From positions 1,792,001 through 1,856,000 of the forward strand of contig CBDFJG010000004.1 in the NCBI GenBank assembly GCA_965248445.1: 64,000 nucleotides of DNA, given 5' to 3'. This stretch comes from Planctomycetota bacterium. Its GTDB lineage: Bacteria; Planctomycetota; JAJSAM01; JAJVHW01. Positions 47,522 to 57,135 of this stretch are shown here, piece by piece. A program made the position numbers and the translations under genes. Numbering within the stretch: position 1 is the first letter of the stretch; every line of letters begins with the position of its first letter. The notes below the pieces were generated by a model that saw only the letters and a program-made list of their open reading frames with translations, ran no database searches and had not been told where the DNA came from.

Positions 47522-48024
47522 GCAGGCTGGAGGCGGCGGCCGCCGTGAGTCCCGCGGGGCTCGCGCGGCTCGCGGTGCACCAGCCGGGTGACCGCAAAGA
47601 CGGCGCTCTGATAGACCGAGTCCGACTCGAATTCCGCCTGCGGCGCCCACACGAAGGCCGGGGGCGGCGTGTCACTCAGCCCGACGAGGGTCCCGGAGAA
47701 GAAGTAGCCGGTCTGGTCCCAAGCCGCCAGCCCATCCGGCTGCACGAACCACTCCCGGAGTGCCCCCACGAAGCGGAGGCCGGTCACGGAGGCGGCGGCC
47801 TCCTCGCGGACCTCGCGCACCGCAGCCTCCTCGGGCGTCTCGCCAGTTTCGATTCCGCCGCCGACGAGGTACAGGCCGCCGTGCAGCCCGCGTTCGCACG
47901 CCAGGCGGCCGTCGGCGTCGCGGGCGATCACGTACGCCGCGCGGCGGGGGCGGTAGACGGGTCCTCCACCCGACGCGCCGAAGACCAGCGGGTGCCAGAA
48001 CGCGCCGGAGAGCCGCCGTGGCAC
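47518..48024 (-). CDS. NUDIX hydrolase
   Basis: GGGIETGETPEEAAVREVREE Nudix box. Confidence 0.85.
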   Translation of the reverse strand: MPRRLSGAFWHPLVFGASGGGPVYRPRRAAYVIARDADGRLACERGLHGGLYLVGGGIETGETPEEAAVREVREEAAASVTGLRFVGALREWFVQPDGLAAWDQTGYFFSGTLVGLSDTPPPAFVWAPQAEFESDSVYQSAVFAVTRLVHREPREPRGTHGGRRLQPA

Positions 48025-48025
48025 T

Positions 48026-49726
48026 TCAGGACTCGCCCTTCTTCGCAATCTCCTCGTCGCGCAACGAACGGCGCAGGAGCTTCATCATCGAGGACTTCGG
48101 GAGGCTCTCGCGGAACTCGATCATCTTCGGGACCTTGTACGCAGCGAGCTGATCCTTGCAGTGCGCCATGACTTCCTCCGCGCTGCACGCCGTGTTCGGA
48201 TGCAGGACGATGTAGCTCTTCACGGTCTCCCCGCGCCGCTCGTCGGGAACGCCGATCGTACACGCCTCGAAGATCGCGGGGTGTGAGACCAGCACGCGGT
48301 CGATCTCGTCCGGGTAGATGTTGTAGCCGGACGCCAGGATCATGTCCTTCTTGCGGCCGACGATCTTGAAGTATCCGTCCTCGTCGATCTCCGCAAGGTC
48401 GCCCGTGTACATCCAGCCGTCGCGCAGTGCTTCGGCCGTCGCATCCGGCCGGCCCCAATACCCCGGCATGATCTGCGGGCCCGTGACGATCAACTCTCCG
48501 GGTTCGCCGACGCCCAACTCCGTGACGCCGTCTTCGGGAGACACGATCTTCGCGTCGGTGTTCGGCAGCGGGATGCCGATGGACCCCACCTTGCGCACTC
48601 CGTCCATCGGGTTGCAGTGAGTGCACGGAGAGCACTCCGTCATGCCGAAGCCCTCGACGATCTTGGCGCCGGTCAGCTTCTCGAACCTCTCGAGCACGTC
48701 CTTCGGCAGCGGGGCAGACCCCGAGACGCAGGCCTTCACCGACGAGACGTCCAGGTTCTCGATGCCCGGGTACTGGTTCATCGCGTTGTAGAGAGCGGGA
48801 ACGGCCGGGAGCATCGAGACGCGGTGCTTGGTCACGTTCTTGACCATCATCGGGATGTCCCGCGGATTTGGCATCACGACGATGGACGCGCCCGTCGAGA
48901 GCGGGAAGAGCATCGAGATCACGAACCCGAACACATGGAAGTAGGGCAGTGACGCGAGCGAGACTTCCTCTCCCGGATTGCACTTCGGGAGCCAAGCGAC
49001 GAGTTGCTGCACCTGGTACGACAGGTTCTTGTGCGTCAGCATGACGCCCTTGGCGGCACCGGTCGTTCCTCCGGTGTACTGGAGCAGCGCGAGGTCGTCT
49101 ATCGCCGGTTGATGCGTGTACCGCGTGGCTCCGGCCTCCGCAATCAGATCCTTGAACCCGTGCACGTTGCCACCGAGCGCGACCTTGGCGTGCAGTCCCG
49201 CGCGCTTGAGCTTGAGCGGCGCGAGCAGATTGAGTGGGAACCGTAGATAGTCGGGCACGTGCGTGATGACGTAGTGCTCGACCGGTACCTGCGAGCGCAG
49301 TGCCTTGATCGACTTCTCGTACAGCCAGCCGCCGGTGATGGCGACGTGCACCTTCGAGTCGTTCCACTGGTGCACGATCTCGCGCGGCACGTAGAGCGGG
49401 TTCGTCATGACCGCCTGCGCGCCGAGCGCGAGCGTCGCCATGGTCGCGATGACCGTCTGCGGCAGATTCGGCAGATGGATCGCGACGCGGGAGTCCCTCT
49501 GCACCCCCAAGGCGTGCAACGACGCCGCGAACGCGTCCACCATCTGGCCCAGTTCTCGATACGAGATGCGGAAGTTCAGGAAGATCAGCGCATCGCGGTC
49601 CGGAAAGGCGACGACCGATTGCCGGAAACGGTCGACGACCGTAGCGTCGTCGAAGTCGATCGAGTGGGGCACGCCCTCGTCGTAGTGCTTGAACCAGGGC
49701 CGGTCGCCGATCGCTGGGCTACTCAT
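48026..49726 (-). CDS. fadD: long-chain-fatty-acid--CoA ligase
   Basis: QYTGGTTG..KG, EGFGMTE, GWMYTGD, GRKKDMI..SG.NIYP. Confidence 0.93.
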   Translation of the reverse strand: MSSPAIGDRPWFKHYDEGVPHSIDFDDATVVDRFRQSVVAFPDRDALIFLNFRISYRELGQMVDAFAASLHALGVQRDSRVAIHLPNLPQTVIATMATLALGAQAVMTNPLYVPREIVHQWNDSKVHVAITGGWLYEKSIKALRSQVPVEHYVITHVPDYLRFPLNLLAPLKLKRAGLHAKVALGGNVHGFKDLIAEAGATRYTHQPAIDDLALLQYTGGTTGAAKGVMLTHKNLSYQVQQLVAWLPKCNPGEEVSLASLPYFHVFGFVISMLFPLSTGASIVVMPNPRDIPMMVKNVTKHRVSMLPAVPALYNAMNQYPGIENLDVSSVKACVSGSAPLPKDVLERFEKLTGAKIVEGFGMTECSPCTHCNPMDGVRKVGSIGIPLPNTDAKIVSPEDGVTELGVGEPGELIVTGPQIMPGYWGRPDATAEALRDGWMYTGDLAEIDEDGYFKIVGRKKDMILASGYNIYPDEIDRVLVSHPAIFEACTIGVPDERRGETVKSYIVLHPNTACSAEEVMAHCKDQLAAYKVPKMIEFRESLPKSSMMKLLRRSLRDEEIAKKGES

Positions 49727-49857
49727 CACGTTCACCTCGCGGCCCGGCCTCTCCCGTCCGGTCGGGGACCACGATAGCGACAGGATGGCGCCCTGCGCGA
49801 CTCGTGGTTGGCCCATTTCGGGAACACCGGCCCCGCGTGTGTACGCTGGGCGCTCCC

Positions 49858-50247
49858 ATGCGCCACGCCCTGCTGCTGCTCGCCGCCCTCTCCCTGGCTG
49901 CCTGCTCCCGGTCGCCGCCGCCGCCGCCGGGCCCGCCCGGCAAGACGGCGACGCTGATCGTCCGCAACGCAGCGCCGGCGGGCGACGTGGTGGTGATCAC
50001 CGCGAAGAAGGAGGGGCTCACGGACCTGAACCTCGAGGTCCCGGTCGCCCGGAGCGCGAATCAGGCGGCCGTCGCCGGCGCGATCTACTTCTTGATGCCC
50101 GCCGAATGGCAGCGCGCGAGCTACCTGGCGGGCGACGGCGTCGTGATCCCCGCGATCGAGGACGTTGCCGTCGACACGGGCGAGACCGGGCTGGAGATCT
50201 CGCTGACTGTGACGCCGCGCCCGCCTCCCGGCTACGAACGCGAGTAG
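49858..50247 (+). CDS. hypothetical lipoprotein
   Basis: MRHALLLLAALSLAAC lipobox and Pro linker. Confidence 0.7.
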   Translation: MRHALLLLAALSLAACSRSPPPPPGPPGKTATLIVRNAAPAGDVVVITAKKEGLTDLNLEVPVARSANQAAVAGAIYFLMPAEWQRASYLAGDGVVIPAIEDVAVDTGETGLEISLTVTPRPPPGYERE

Positions 50248-50276
50248 CACCCGCCTCGGCGCAGCCGCGAGTGCCA

Positions 50277-50519
50277 TCAGACTCCGTCGCGCCGGGCGAG
50301 CAGGTTGCGCGCTACCGACGTCATGATCGAGGCCACACCGACAAGCCCGAGCAGCGTGAGCGGCCAACCGCCGCCCAGAATCCAGCCGAGCACCAGCGCG
50401 ATGGCGAAAGCGAGCATGAGCAGCGAGGCGACGATCCAGAACCAGATGATCCGCGAGAGCGGGAGTCTGATGGGAGCCGTGGGCGGCGGGACGACCGACT
50501 CGTCGCGAGCCTCTTCCAT
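50277..50519 (-). CDS. small 2-TM membrane protein
   Basis: Abuts the peptidase stop and has two hydrophobic helices. Confidence 0.6.
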   Translation of the reverse strand: MEEARDESVVPPPTAPIRLPLSRIIWFWIVASLLMLAFAIALVLGWILGGGWPLTLLGLVGVASIMTSVARNLLARRDGV

Positions 50520-52685
50520 CTACGCCAGCGCATCTTCGAGGAAGGCGAGGATGCGCTCCTCCATGTAGATGCGATCGGCCTCGCCCCGGGGCATGTGACG
50601 CTCGTCGGGGAAGAGCAGGAGTTCGTACGGCTTGCGCGCACGGATCAGCGCGTTCACGAGGCGCGCCGTGTGCTGAAAGTGCACGTTCTCGTCGATGAGG
50701 CCGTGCACCAACAGGAGCTTGCCCCGCATCTGCTCGACGTGGTGCATCACGCTGCCCCGCTGGTAGCCGTCCGCGTTCTCCTGCGGCAGCCCCATGTAGC
50801 GCTCTGTGTAGCACGAGTCATAGCCGTCGTAGTGCGTGACGGGTGCTCCGGCGACGGCCGCCTTGAACACCTCTGGTGCGCGGGCGAGACACATGCACGA
50901 CATGTAGCCGCCGTAGCTCCAGCCATAGATCGCGACCCGATCGGGATCCGCGAGACCCTGGTCAACGCACCAGCGCACGCCGTCCACCTGATCCAGCACT
51001 TCGAGGTTGCCCATGTCGTGCTTGATCCAGCCCTCGAACGCGAGGCCGCGGCGGGCGGCGCCGCGGTTGTCGACGACGAGCACGAGATAACCCCGCCGGC
51101 GGAGAGCCTGTGCGCGCAGGTCCACCGTCACGTCCCATCCGTTCTTCACCCTCTGCGCGTGCGGACCGCCATACACGCTCACGATCAGTGGCCACGGACC
51201 TGCGCCCTGCGGCGGGCGGTAGAGAAGCGCGTCGAGCGGGATGCCGTCGCGATTCTCGATCGTGATCAGTTCGGGCGCCGTGAGCGCCATCTCTGTGACC
51301 CGCTCATCGGCAGCGTCGTGAAGCGTGCGCAGGAGGGACCCATCCGACAGGTCGCGCAAGTCGCACCGTACCGGACGGTCGCGCGCGTGGTGCCGGTCCA
51401 CGAACGTGTCGAATGCGGGCGAGACCGCCGTCATGTGCATGCCGTCGTCCGGCGTCAGACGAGTGACCTCGCCGTCGGCGAGCGGCACCCGGTAGAGATG
51501 GCACTCCGTCGCGCCGTCCTTCGTCGCCATGAAGTAGACGGCACCGCCTTCGTCCTCCTGCACGGCCTGCAGCGAGTCGACCATCCAGTCCCCGGAGGTC
51601 AGCCTGCGCACCAGTGAACCGTCGGCTGCCCTCAACTCCAGATGACGAAAACCCGTGCGTTCGGAGGCCCACAGGAAGCCGCCGGCAAGCTCGCTCTCCT
51701 CGGACTTCAGCGGCCGGAAGCAGCGGTGCAGGTTGATCCAGACGTCACTCGACTCGCGGAGCAGTTCGGTGGCCGCGCCGGTGGTGGTGTCGAACTGGAG
51801 CAGGCGCAACTCGGACTGGCGCCGGTCCATGACCTCCGCCGCGAGTCGCCCGTCCGGGAACCAATGGACGCGCGCTAGGTAGATGTCGAGGTCCGCACCG
51901 AGGTCCATCCACACCGGTTCGCCGCCCGCGGCGGGGACCACACCGAGTCGTACGTGGGCGTTCGGCGCTCCGGCGAACGGGTATCGGTGGTCCTCCTGTG
52001 CGGCGTCGCCGACGGCGTCCTTCCCCTGGTGCACGATGCGGTACGCCGGGATGTGCTTCTCGTCGACTTCGACGAATGCGATGTGCGACGAACTCGGTGA
52101 CCACCAGAATCCGCGCAGCCGCCCCATCTCCTCTTGCGCCACGAATTCCGCGAGCCCGTTGGTCACACCGCCCGCAGCAGCGCCGGTCGTGAGCGCTCGC
52201 GCGGAACCGCCCTCGGTGTGCACGACGTGCACTTCGCCACCGCGCACGAACGCGACGTGCTCGCCGTCGGGTGCGAACGTCGCGTCCATGGCGGTGCCTG
52301 CATCCGCAGAGACGAGTTCGCGCAGTTCCGCCCCACGCTCGTCGAGTAGGTACACACCACCTGCGATCGGCAGGAGGATACGGCTGCCGTCCTTGCTGAA
52401 CGCGTACGACGTCACGCCGATCGCGCGCTGGCGCAGCCGCTCGCGGCGGAGCTTCTCCTCGAGTGACAGGTCCGCCTCACCCGCGGCCGTCGGTGCCCGG
52501 GCCAGGACTTGTGTCTCCCCGCTCGCGACGTCGTGTCCGTGCAGCACCTGCGCCAGGTCGCCGTCCGGACTCGCCAGGAACGCGAGCGTCTCTCCGTCCT
52601 TTGCATACGCGTACGCAACCGGCGCCGACATCCCGGGACGCGGGAAGCGCGCGATCTGCTCGACGGGGATCTCGGGTGCGCTCAC
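50520..52685 (-). CDS. S9B dipeptidyl peptidase IV family
   Basis: VYGGP, GWSYGG, HGLIDENVH, PDERH catalytic triad and DPPIV N-terminal propeller. Confidence 0.93.
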   Translation of the reverse strand: MSAPEIPVEQIARFPRPGMSAPVAYAYAKDGETLAFLASPDGDLAQVLHGHDVASGETQVLARAPTAAGEADLSLEEKLRRERLRQRAIGVTSYAFSKDGSRILLPIAGGVYLLDERGAELRELVSADAGTAMDATFAPDGEHVAFVRGGEVHVVHTEGGSARALTTGAAAGGVTNGLAEFVAQEEMGRLRGFWWSPSSSHIAFVEVDEKHIPAYRIVHQGKDAVGDAAQEDHRYPFAGAPNAHVRLGVVPAAGGEPVWMDLGADLDIYLARVHWFPDGRLAAEVMDRRQSELRLLQFDTTTGAATELLRESSDVWINLHRCFRPLKSEESELAGGFLWASERTGFRHLELRAADGSLVRRLTSGDWMVDSLQAVQEDEGGAVYFMATKDGATECHLYRVPLADGEVTRLTPDDGMHMTAVSPAFDTFVDRHHARDRPVRCDLRDLSDGSLLRTLHDAADERVTEMALTAPELITIENRDGIPLDALLYRPPQGAGPWPLIVSVYGGPHAQRVKNGWDVTVDLRAQALRRRGYLVLVVDNRGAARRGLAFEGWIKHDMGNLEVLDQVDGVRWCVDQGLADPDRVAIYGWSYGGYMSCMCLARAPEVFKAAVAGAPVTHYDGYDSCYTERYMGLPQENADGYQRGSVMHHVEQMRGKLLLVHGLIDENVHFQHTARLVNALIRARKPYELLLFPDERHMPRGEADRIYMEERILAFLEDALA

Positions 52686-52755
52686 GGGGTGCCTCCGAGG
52701 CCGAGGCGCGGCGCGTCGTTACTCGCGTCAGTGACCGAGGCCGGCACGAACGGCA

Positions 52756-53157
52756 TCACACTCCGCCGAACGAGTACATCAGCGCGCCAGCGCCAAAACA
52801 TGCCGCGTTGAGCAGGAACACCACACCGGCTCCGATCAGGGTCACCTTCAAGAGCAGGTTGTCCTTCTTCTTCACCGCGTAGATCGCGAGCGGGATGACC
52901 GCGAGGAGCTGTGTTATCCCGATGAAGTACATCGTCGCTCCATGCAGTGGGATGAGAAGGAGTAGCGCCTGTGTCGCGGCCAGAACGGCGGCGAACGTGC
53001 CGATGCGCCCCCAGAGCGAAACCGGAGTCGCCGGACGACGCGGCAGGACCTCGTGCGGATCGTCTCCCGGCTTGCGCGGCGGAGGCGGCAGGGCTCCACG
53101 GTCGTCGACGTTCTCGAGTGGATCGTCCGGAGCGAACAGGTCGTCCCGCTCGCTCAC
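52756..53157 (-). CDS. 3-TM membrane protein
   Basis: GTGA overlap with the radical SAM stop. Three hydrophobic helices ending LLNAACFG. Confidence 0.65.
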   Translation of the reverse strand: MSERDDLFAPDDPLENVDDRGALPPPPRKPGDDPHEVLPRRPATPVSLWGRIGTFAAVLAATQALLLLIPLHGATMYFIGITQLLAVIPLAIYAVKKKDNLLLKVTLIGAGVVFLLNAACFGAGALMYSFGGV

Positions 53158-54574
53158 GCGATCGCCTCCTGCTCCCTACGCAGCGGAGCCAGCACGCGCT
53201 CCTCCAGATCGTCGCGGTAGAAGAGGTTGTACGTGTCGAACGGGATCAGCCGTCCGTCCACCGGATGCACGAAGTGGATGCAGCTCTTCTTGACGGAGCG
53301 CACGTCGAGGGCGTGTGCGTCCATGAACTGGACGATCAGCACACGAAACACGTTCTCGTAGGACAGGTTCGGCATCGCGGCGCGGGGCATGCAACAGAGC
53401 AAGTCCTTCAGGCTCTCAGCGCCACTCTCCGGCGAGTGCGCGGTCGAGAACGTCTTGAAGAGGCCCTCCTTCACGGCCTCGTCGTGCTCGAACACGATCG
53501 TGCTGCGAGCGCCGTCGAGTAACACACTCTGGTCGAGCAACCCCGTCAGCGGGATGACCTTGTCCTCGATCTTGATCGCGTACGCCATCGCCAGACAATC
53601 CGGGTGACACGGCACGGGGATGATGTCGGCCGGCGCGAAGACGTCGGTCTGCTCGAGAACGCGGGAGCGTACCTCGGTCAGCGTGAGGCGGTTCACGGCC
53701 GGGTCGTAGTTCTCGGCGCGCCCCGCGTGCTGCACGGGCTGGAGGGTGACTCCGCGAACGCACTTCCATTTGAGCGCGAAGTCGACGATCTCCCCGAGTT
53801 CGTCGTCGTTGACGCCGCGCATCACCGTCACGACGAGCGTGGTCGAGAGTCCGACGGCTTCGAGGTTCTCGAGCGCCTTCATGCGCACGTCGACAAGGTC
53901 CTCGCCACGAAGACGCTGGTGCACTTCGGCCCGCAGCGAATCCCACTGCAGGTAGATCTCGAAACCCGGCGCGTAGGCCGCCAGCCGCTCGGCGAACCCG
54001 GGGTCCTTCGCGATGCGCACGCCGTTCGTGTTGAGCATCAGGTGACGGATCGGCCGCTCCTTGGCCGCATCGAGGATCTCGAAGAACTGCGGGTGCACCG
54101 TCGGCTCGCCGCCGGAGATCTGCACGACGTCCGGCTCGCCTTCGTTGGCGACGACCGCGTCGAGCATCGCCTCGACCTCCTCGAGCGTGCGCGACTCGCT
54201 GCGCGCCCGCCCGCTGGACGCGTAGCAGATCGGGCAGTCGAGGTTGCAGCGGTCGCAGATCTCGATGATCGAGAGACAACTGTGCTGCTCGTGGTCGCTG
54301 CAGAGGCCGCAGTCGTAGGGACAGCCCCCTTGACCGGTGTGTTGAAGCGCACCGGCATCTCGGACGGCTTCAGGAACTCCTCGCGCGCCCGTCGGTAGTA
54401 GACAGCGTCGTCTGCGACGAGGACCTTCTCGAGTCCGTGGCGCGGGCAGCGCTTGTGCATGTAGACGCGGCCGTCCTGGATCACGATCTTGGCATCCACC
54501 CGCCGCAGGCACGTGGAGCAGACCGAGATCGTCAGGTCGTAGAACAGATACGGACGGACCCGCGCTTCACCCAT
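53154..54574 (-). CDS. Tes/GDGT-MAS (MJ0619)-like radical SAM protein with a 1-nt frameshift in a G5 run near 54327
   Basis: Joined frames give CSTC...KRCPRHG, NTPVK-GCPYDCGLC, CNLDCPIC, GGEPT, FMDAH.LDVR.VKKSCIH, RLIPFDTYN. Confidence 0.85.
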
Positions 54575-55313
54575 CGCGAGACTCTACCCCACGCACGAGC
54601 CGCGGTACGTCCCGTAGGTAGAACAGGAGTCCGAACACGCACGCCCACTGGATCGCCGTCAGTCCGAAGTGGTGCACGCCCGGCTTCAGGAAGTCGACTG
54701 CCAGCCGGAACGTCAGGTACGCGAACATGAACGCGCGGAATCGATCCCCCTCGCGCAAGCCGCGATACCGCAACAGCGCCAGCCCGAGCACCGCGGCGAA
54801 GACCATCTCGACGACTCGCACCGGATGCCGCGCGACGTCCTCACCCAGCACGAGTCCCCACCACGCACCGGTCGGCAGCCCGTGCGTCCCGTCCTCGATG
54901 CCCGCCGAAATGCACCCGAGCCGCCCGATGACGATGCCTACGCAGAGCGGAACGACGAACGCGTCCCCCGTCGAGCGCGTGACGCCGGAGAACCGTTTCC
55001 AGGTCTCGACCGAGATCAGCCCGCCGAGCAGGGCGCCGACGATCGTCTTACGCCCGACGATCGGCACCGGGCCCGCGAACATCCCGGCGAGCCCCTGTTC
55101 GTCGGCCAGCCAGCCGAGCAACCACGATCCGAACGCGGCCCCCACGATGGCCGCGGCGATGGACCCGAGGCGCGTGCCGAAGTCCAGCGGGTCCGCACCC
55201 TTACTGCGCGTGCGGCGGAACACCCAGAACCCGACCGCGTAGGCCGACGCCTCGAACAGCACGTGCGCACTGATCCCGATCGAACCGATCCGGAGGACGA
55301 GCGGGAACTCCAC
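54567..55313 (-). CDS. Lgt (prolipoprotein diacylglyceryl transferase)-family paralog
   Basis: IGRLGC, G.PT..WWG, RHP....E, Y..FR..VDFLK. Lacks the canonical HGG motif. Confidence 0.8.
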   Translation of the reverse strand: MEFPLVLRIGSIGISAHVLFEASAYAVGFWVFRRTRSKGADPLDFGTRLGSIAAAIVGAAFGSWLLGWLADEQGLAGMFAGPVPIVGRKTIVGALLGGLISVETWKRFSGVTRSTGDAFVVPLCVGIVIGRLGCISAGIEDGTHGLPTGAWWGLVLGEDVARHPVRVVEMVFAAVLGLALLRYRGLREGDRFRAFMFAYLTFRLAVDFLKPGVHHFGLTAIQWACVFGLLFYLRDVPRLVRGVESRDG

Positions 55314-55348
55314 CGGCCCAGGCTACGCAGGTGAGGAGTCCCGCGCGT

Positions 55349-55417
55349 TCTTCAGCCCGTCGCCCCCTCTTCAGCCCCGCAGGCCCCTCTTCAGCCCCGC
55401 AGCCTCTTCTTCAGCCC
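55349..55417. repeat. four direct repeats of TCTTCAGCCC
   Basis: Copies start at 55349, 55368, 55388 and 55408. Confidence 0.85.
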
Positions 55418-55461
55418 CACAGCTTGGGGTGCCGATGTCGAAGCGGAGCCCCTGCGCCACC

Positions 55462-56517
55462 ATGACACACGCCGTCAACTCCCCCTGGCCCTCAGCGCCC
55501 GGTCTGGTGCTGTCGGTGGACGTGCTCTCCGACGAGCCCGGCGGCCGGCGGCAGCGCCACACTACGGTGTCCTGCGGCACCGCGCTGCCGCGCGTGCAGC
55601 GGATCGCCGAGCGGTTCGGCGTGCGTCCGACGTACCTGGTGTCGTTCCAGGCCCTGGGCGAAGCGGAAGTCCGGGACGTGATCACCAACTACGCCCGCGC
55701 CGGCCGCTGCGAGATCGGCGCCCTGCTCGACCTGTCGACCAATCCGCCCTTCCTGCCGGGTGACGGTCACGACGGCGCAGTCCCATCGCAGCCCCCCACC
55801 GAGTTCGTGTCGCAGAAGCTCGTGATCCTGACGGACGTGCTGTGGCAGCGCACCGGAGTGCGGCCGGTGAGTCTGCGACTGCGCGGGCTCGGAGCCACCG
55901 GTGAGGTGCTGCGGGCGGCGGCGGAGTTCGGGTACGCGGTCGACGCGAGCATCCGCCCCGGCGAGTCGTACGTCGCGTCCGACGGGCCCGATCTTGTCGC
56001 CGCGCCGCGGCGTCCGTACCACCCCGCGATCCTCGATGCAGTACAGAGCGGCCAGGTGCCGCTCCTCGAGGCGCCGGTCTCGACGGTCAGTCCGGGCGCG
56101 ACCGACCGCCGTCTTCGAAAGCGTATCGGCCTGCGGTCGCTCACTGCGACGGGTCAGCCGATTTCACTCGATCCCACGGCGGCTCCAGTGGACCTCATGG
56201 TCGAGGCCGTCGACGCCGTGATCGCCGACGAGCAGCCGGTGATCCACTTCACGCTGCCGGCCCACGCGCTCTTCCCCGGTGCCAGCGGGCGGGCCGAGAC
56301 AGCTGATGAGGTGGATGCTCACCTTCGTGCGCTTGCCACGGTGCTCGGTCACACCGTCCGCGCCCGCAGCGCGATCGGGCGCACGCTCTGTCAACTCGCG
56401 TGGATCGACCCCGAGTGCCTACGCGGCGCGCCGCGCGAGCAGGACCTCAGCGACTCGCAGCGCAGCGGCGACGAGACCCTCGCCCGCATCTCGAGCGCCA
56501 TCGACGGCCTGCAGTAG
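55462..56517 (+). CDS. WalW-like polysaccharide deacetylase family protein (degenerate)
   Basis: LVLSVDV, GVRPTYLV, CEIGA, GVRPVS.R, GYAVDASI.P, LLEAPVS. Confidence 0.65.
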   Translation: MTHAVNSPWPSAPGLVLSVDVLSDEPGGRRQRHTTVSCGTALPRVQRIAERFGVRPTYLVSFQALGEAEVRDVITNYARAGRCEIGALLDLSTNPPFLPGDGHDGAVPSQPPTEFVSQKLVILTDVLWQRTGVRPVSLRLRGLGATGEVLRAAAEFGYAVDASIRPGESYVASDGPDLVAAPRRPYHPAILDAVQSGQVPLLEAPVSTVSPGATDRRLRKRIGLRSLTATGQPISLDPTAAPVDLMVEAVDAVIADEQPVIHFTLPAHALFPGASGRAETADEVDAHLRALATVLGHTVRARSAIGRTLCQLAWIDPECLRGAPREQDLSDSQRSGDETLARISSAIDGLQ

Positions 56518-56547
56518 CTCGCCCCCCACCGCGCGGCCGGCGAGCGG

Positions 56548-56985
56548 CTACTCGTCGCGGCTGTGCGCGCTCTCCAGGTCGATGTCGGCGTACAGTCCGC
56601 TGCCACCCACTCGTCCGTCGCGGCCGAGCGAGCGCAGCTCGAAGAGGCGATCTTCCTCGTCGGCGGCGTACACGAACGGGTGTCCCCACGCATCGGTGGG
56701 GACGGACGTAGAGTCCAAGTAGGCGTCAGGGCCGACCAACTCGTCCAGCCGAACCGGCAACTTCCTTCGCTCCAAACGGAACTGCCGGATGGCCATCTCC
56801 ACCTGAATCAGCTGCGTCTTCGTCACCTGCACGTTCGCCCGGTCCGTGTACGAACCGACGCTGCGACGCACCACGAATGCGAGCGTCGCGACCGCCCCCA
56901 CGACCAGCAGGATGCAGACGCCGAGGATCACGAACACCCGTCTGTGAGAACCGGAACCGTCCGGCTGTGTGCGTTCGTCGCTCAC
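56548..56985 (-). CDS. GspG-like type II secretion pseudopilin domain protein
   Basis: TM helix, PTDAWGHPFVY, LRSLGRDG..GG.G..ADI. Confidence 0.8.
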   Translation of the reverse strand: MSDERTQPDGSGSHRRVFVILGVCILLVVGAVATLAFVVRRSVGSYTDRANVQVTKTQLIQVEMAIRQFRLERRKLPVRLDELVGPDAYLDSTSVPTDAWGHPFVYAADEEDRLFELRSLGRDGRVGGSGLYADIDLESAHSRDE

Positions 56986-57087
56986 TGGTCCCCCTCTTCC
57001 CCACGCAGCCCCGCTTCCCCTTGCAGATGGTACAGCGCCGGAATCACCGTGCGGGAATCCCGGAATCGCCGCGCGGGAATCACAGCG

Positions 57088-57112
57088 CCCCGGACCGCAC
57101 GGCGATCCGGGG
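57088..57112 (-). terminator. hairpin downstream of the porin
   Basis: CCCCGGATCGC-CGT-GCGGTCCGGGG on the minus strand. No strong U tract. Confidence 0.45.
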
Positions 57113-57135
57113 GCTTGTTGATGTTGCGCGTGTGA

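Noticed and set aside
52756..54574. RiPP cluster (radical SAM plus S9 peptidase)
   Set aside because: No SPASM/RRE features or plausible precursor peptide. The motifs match the Tes/MJ0619 family instead.
55349..55417. Mini CRISPR array
   Set aside because: The repeats are about 10 bp with about 10-bp similar spacers, and no cas genes are present.
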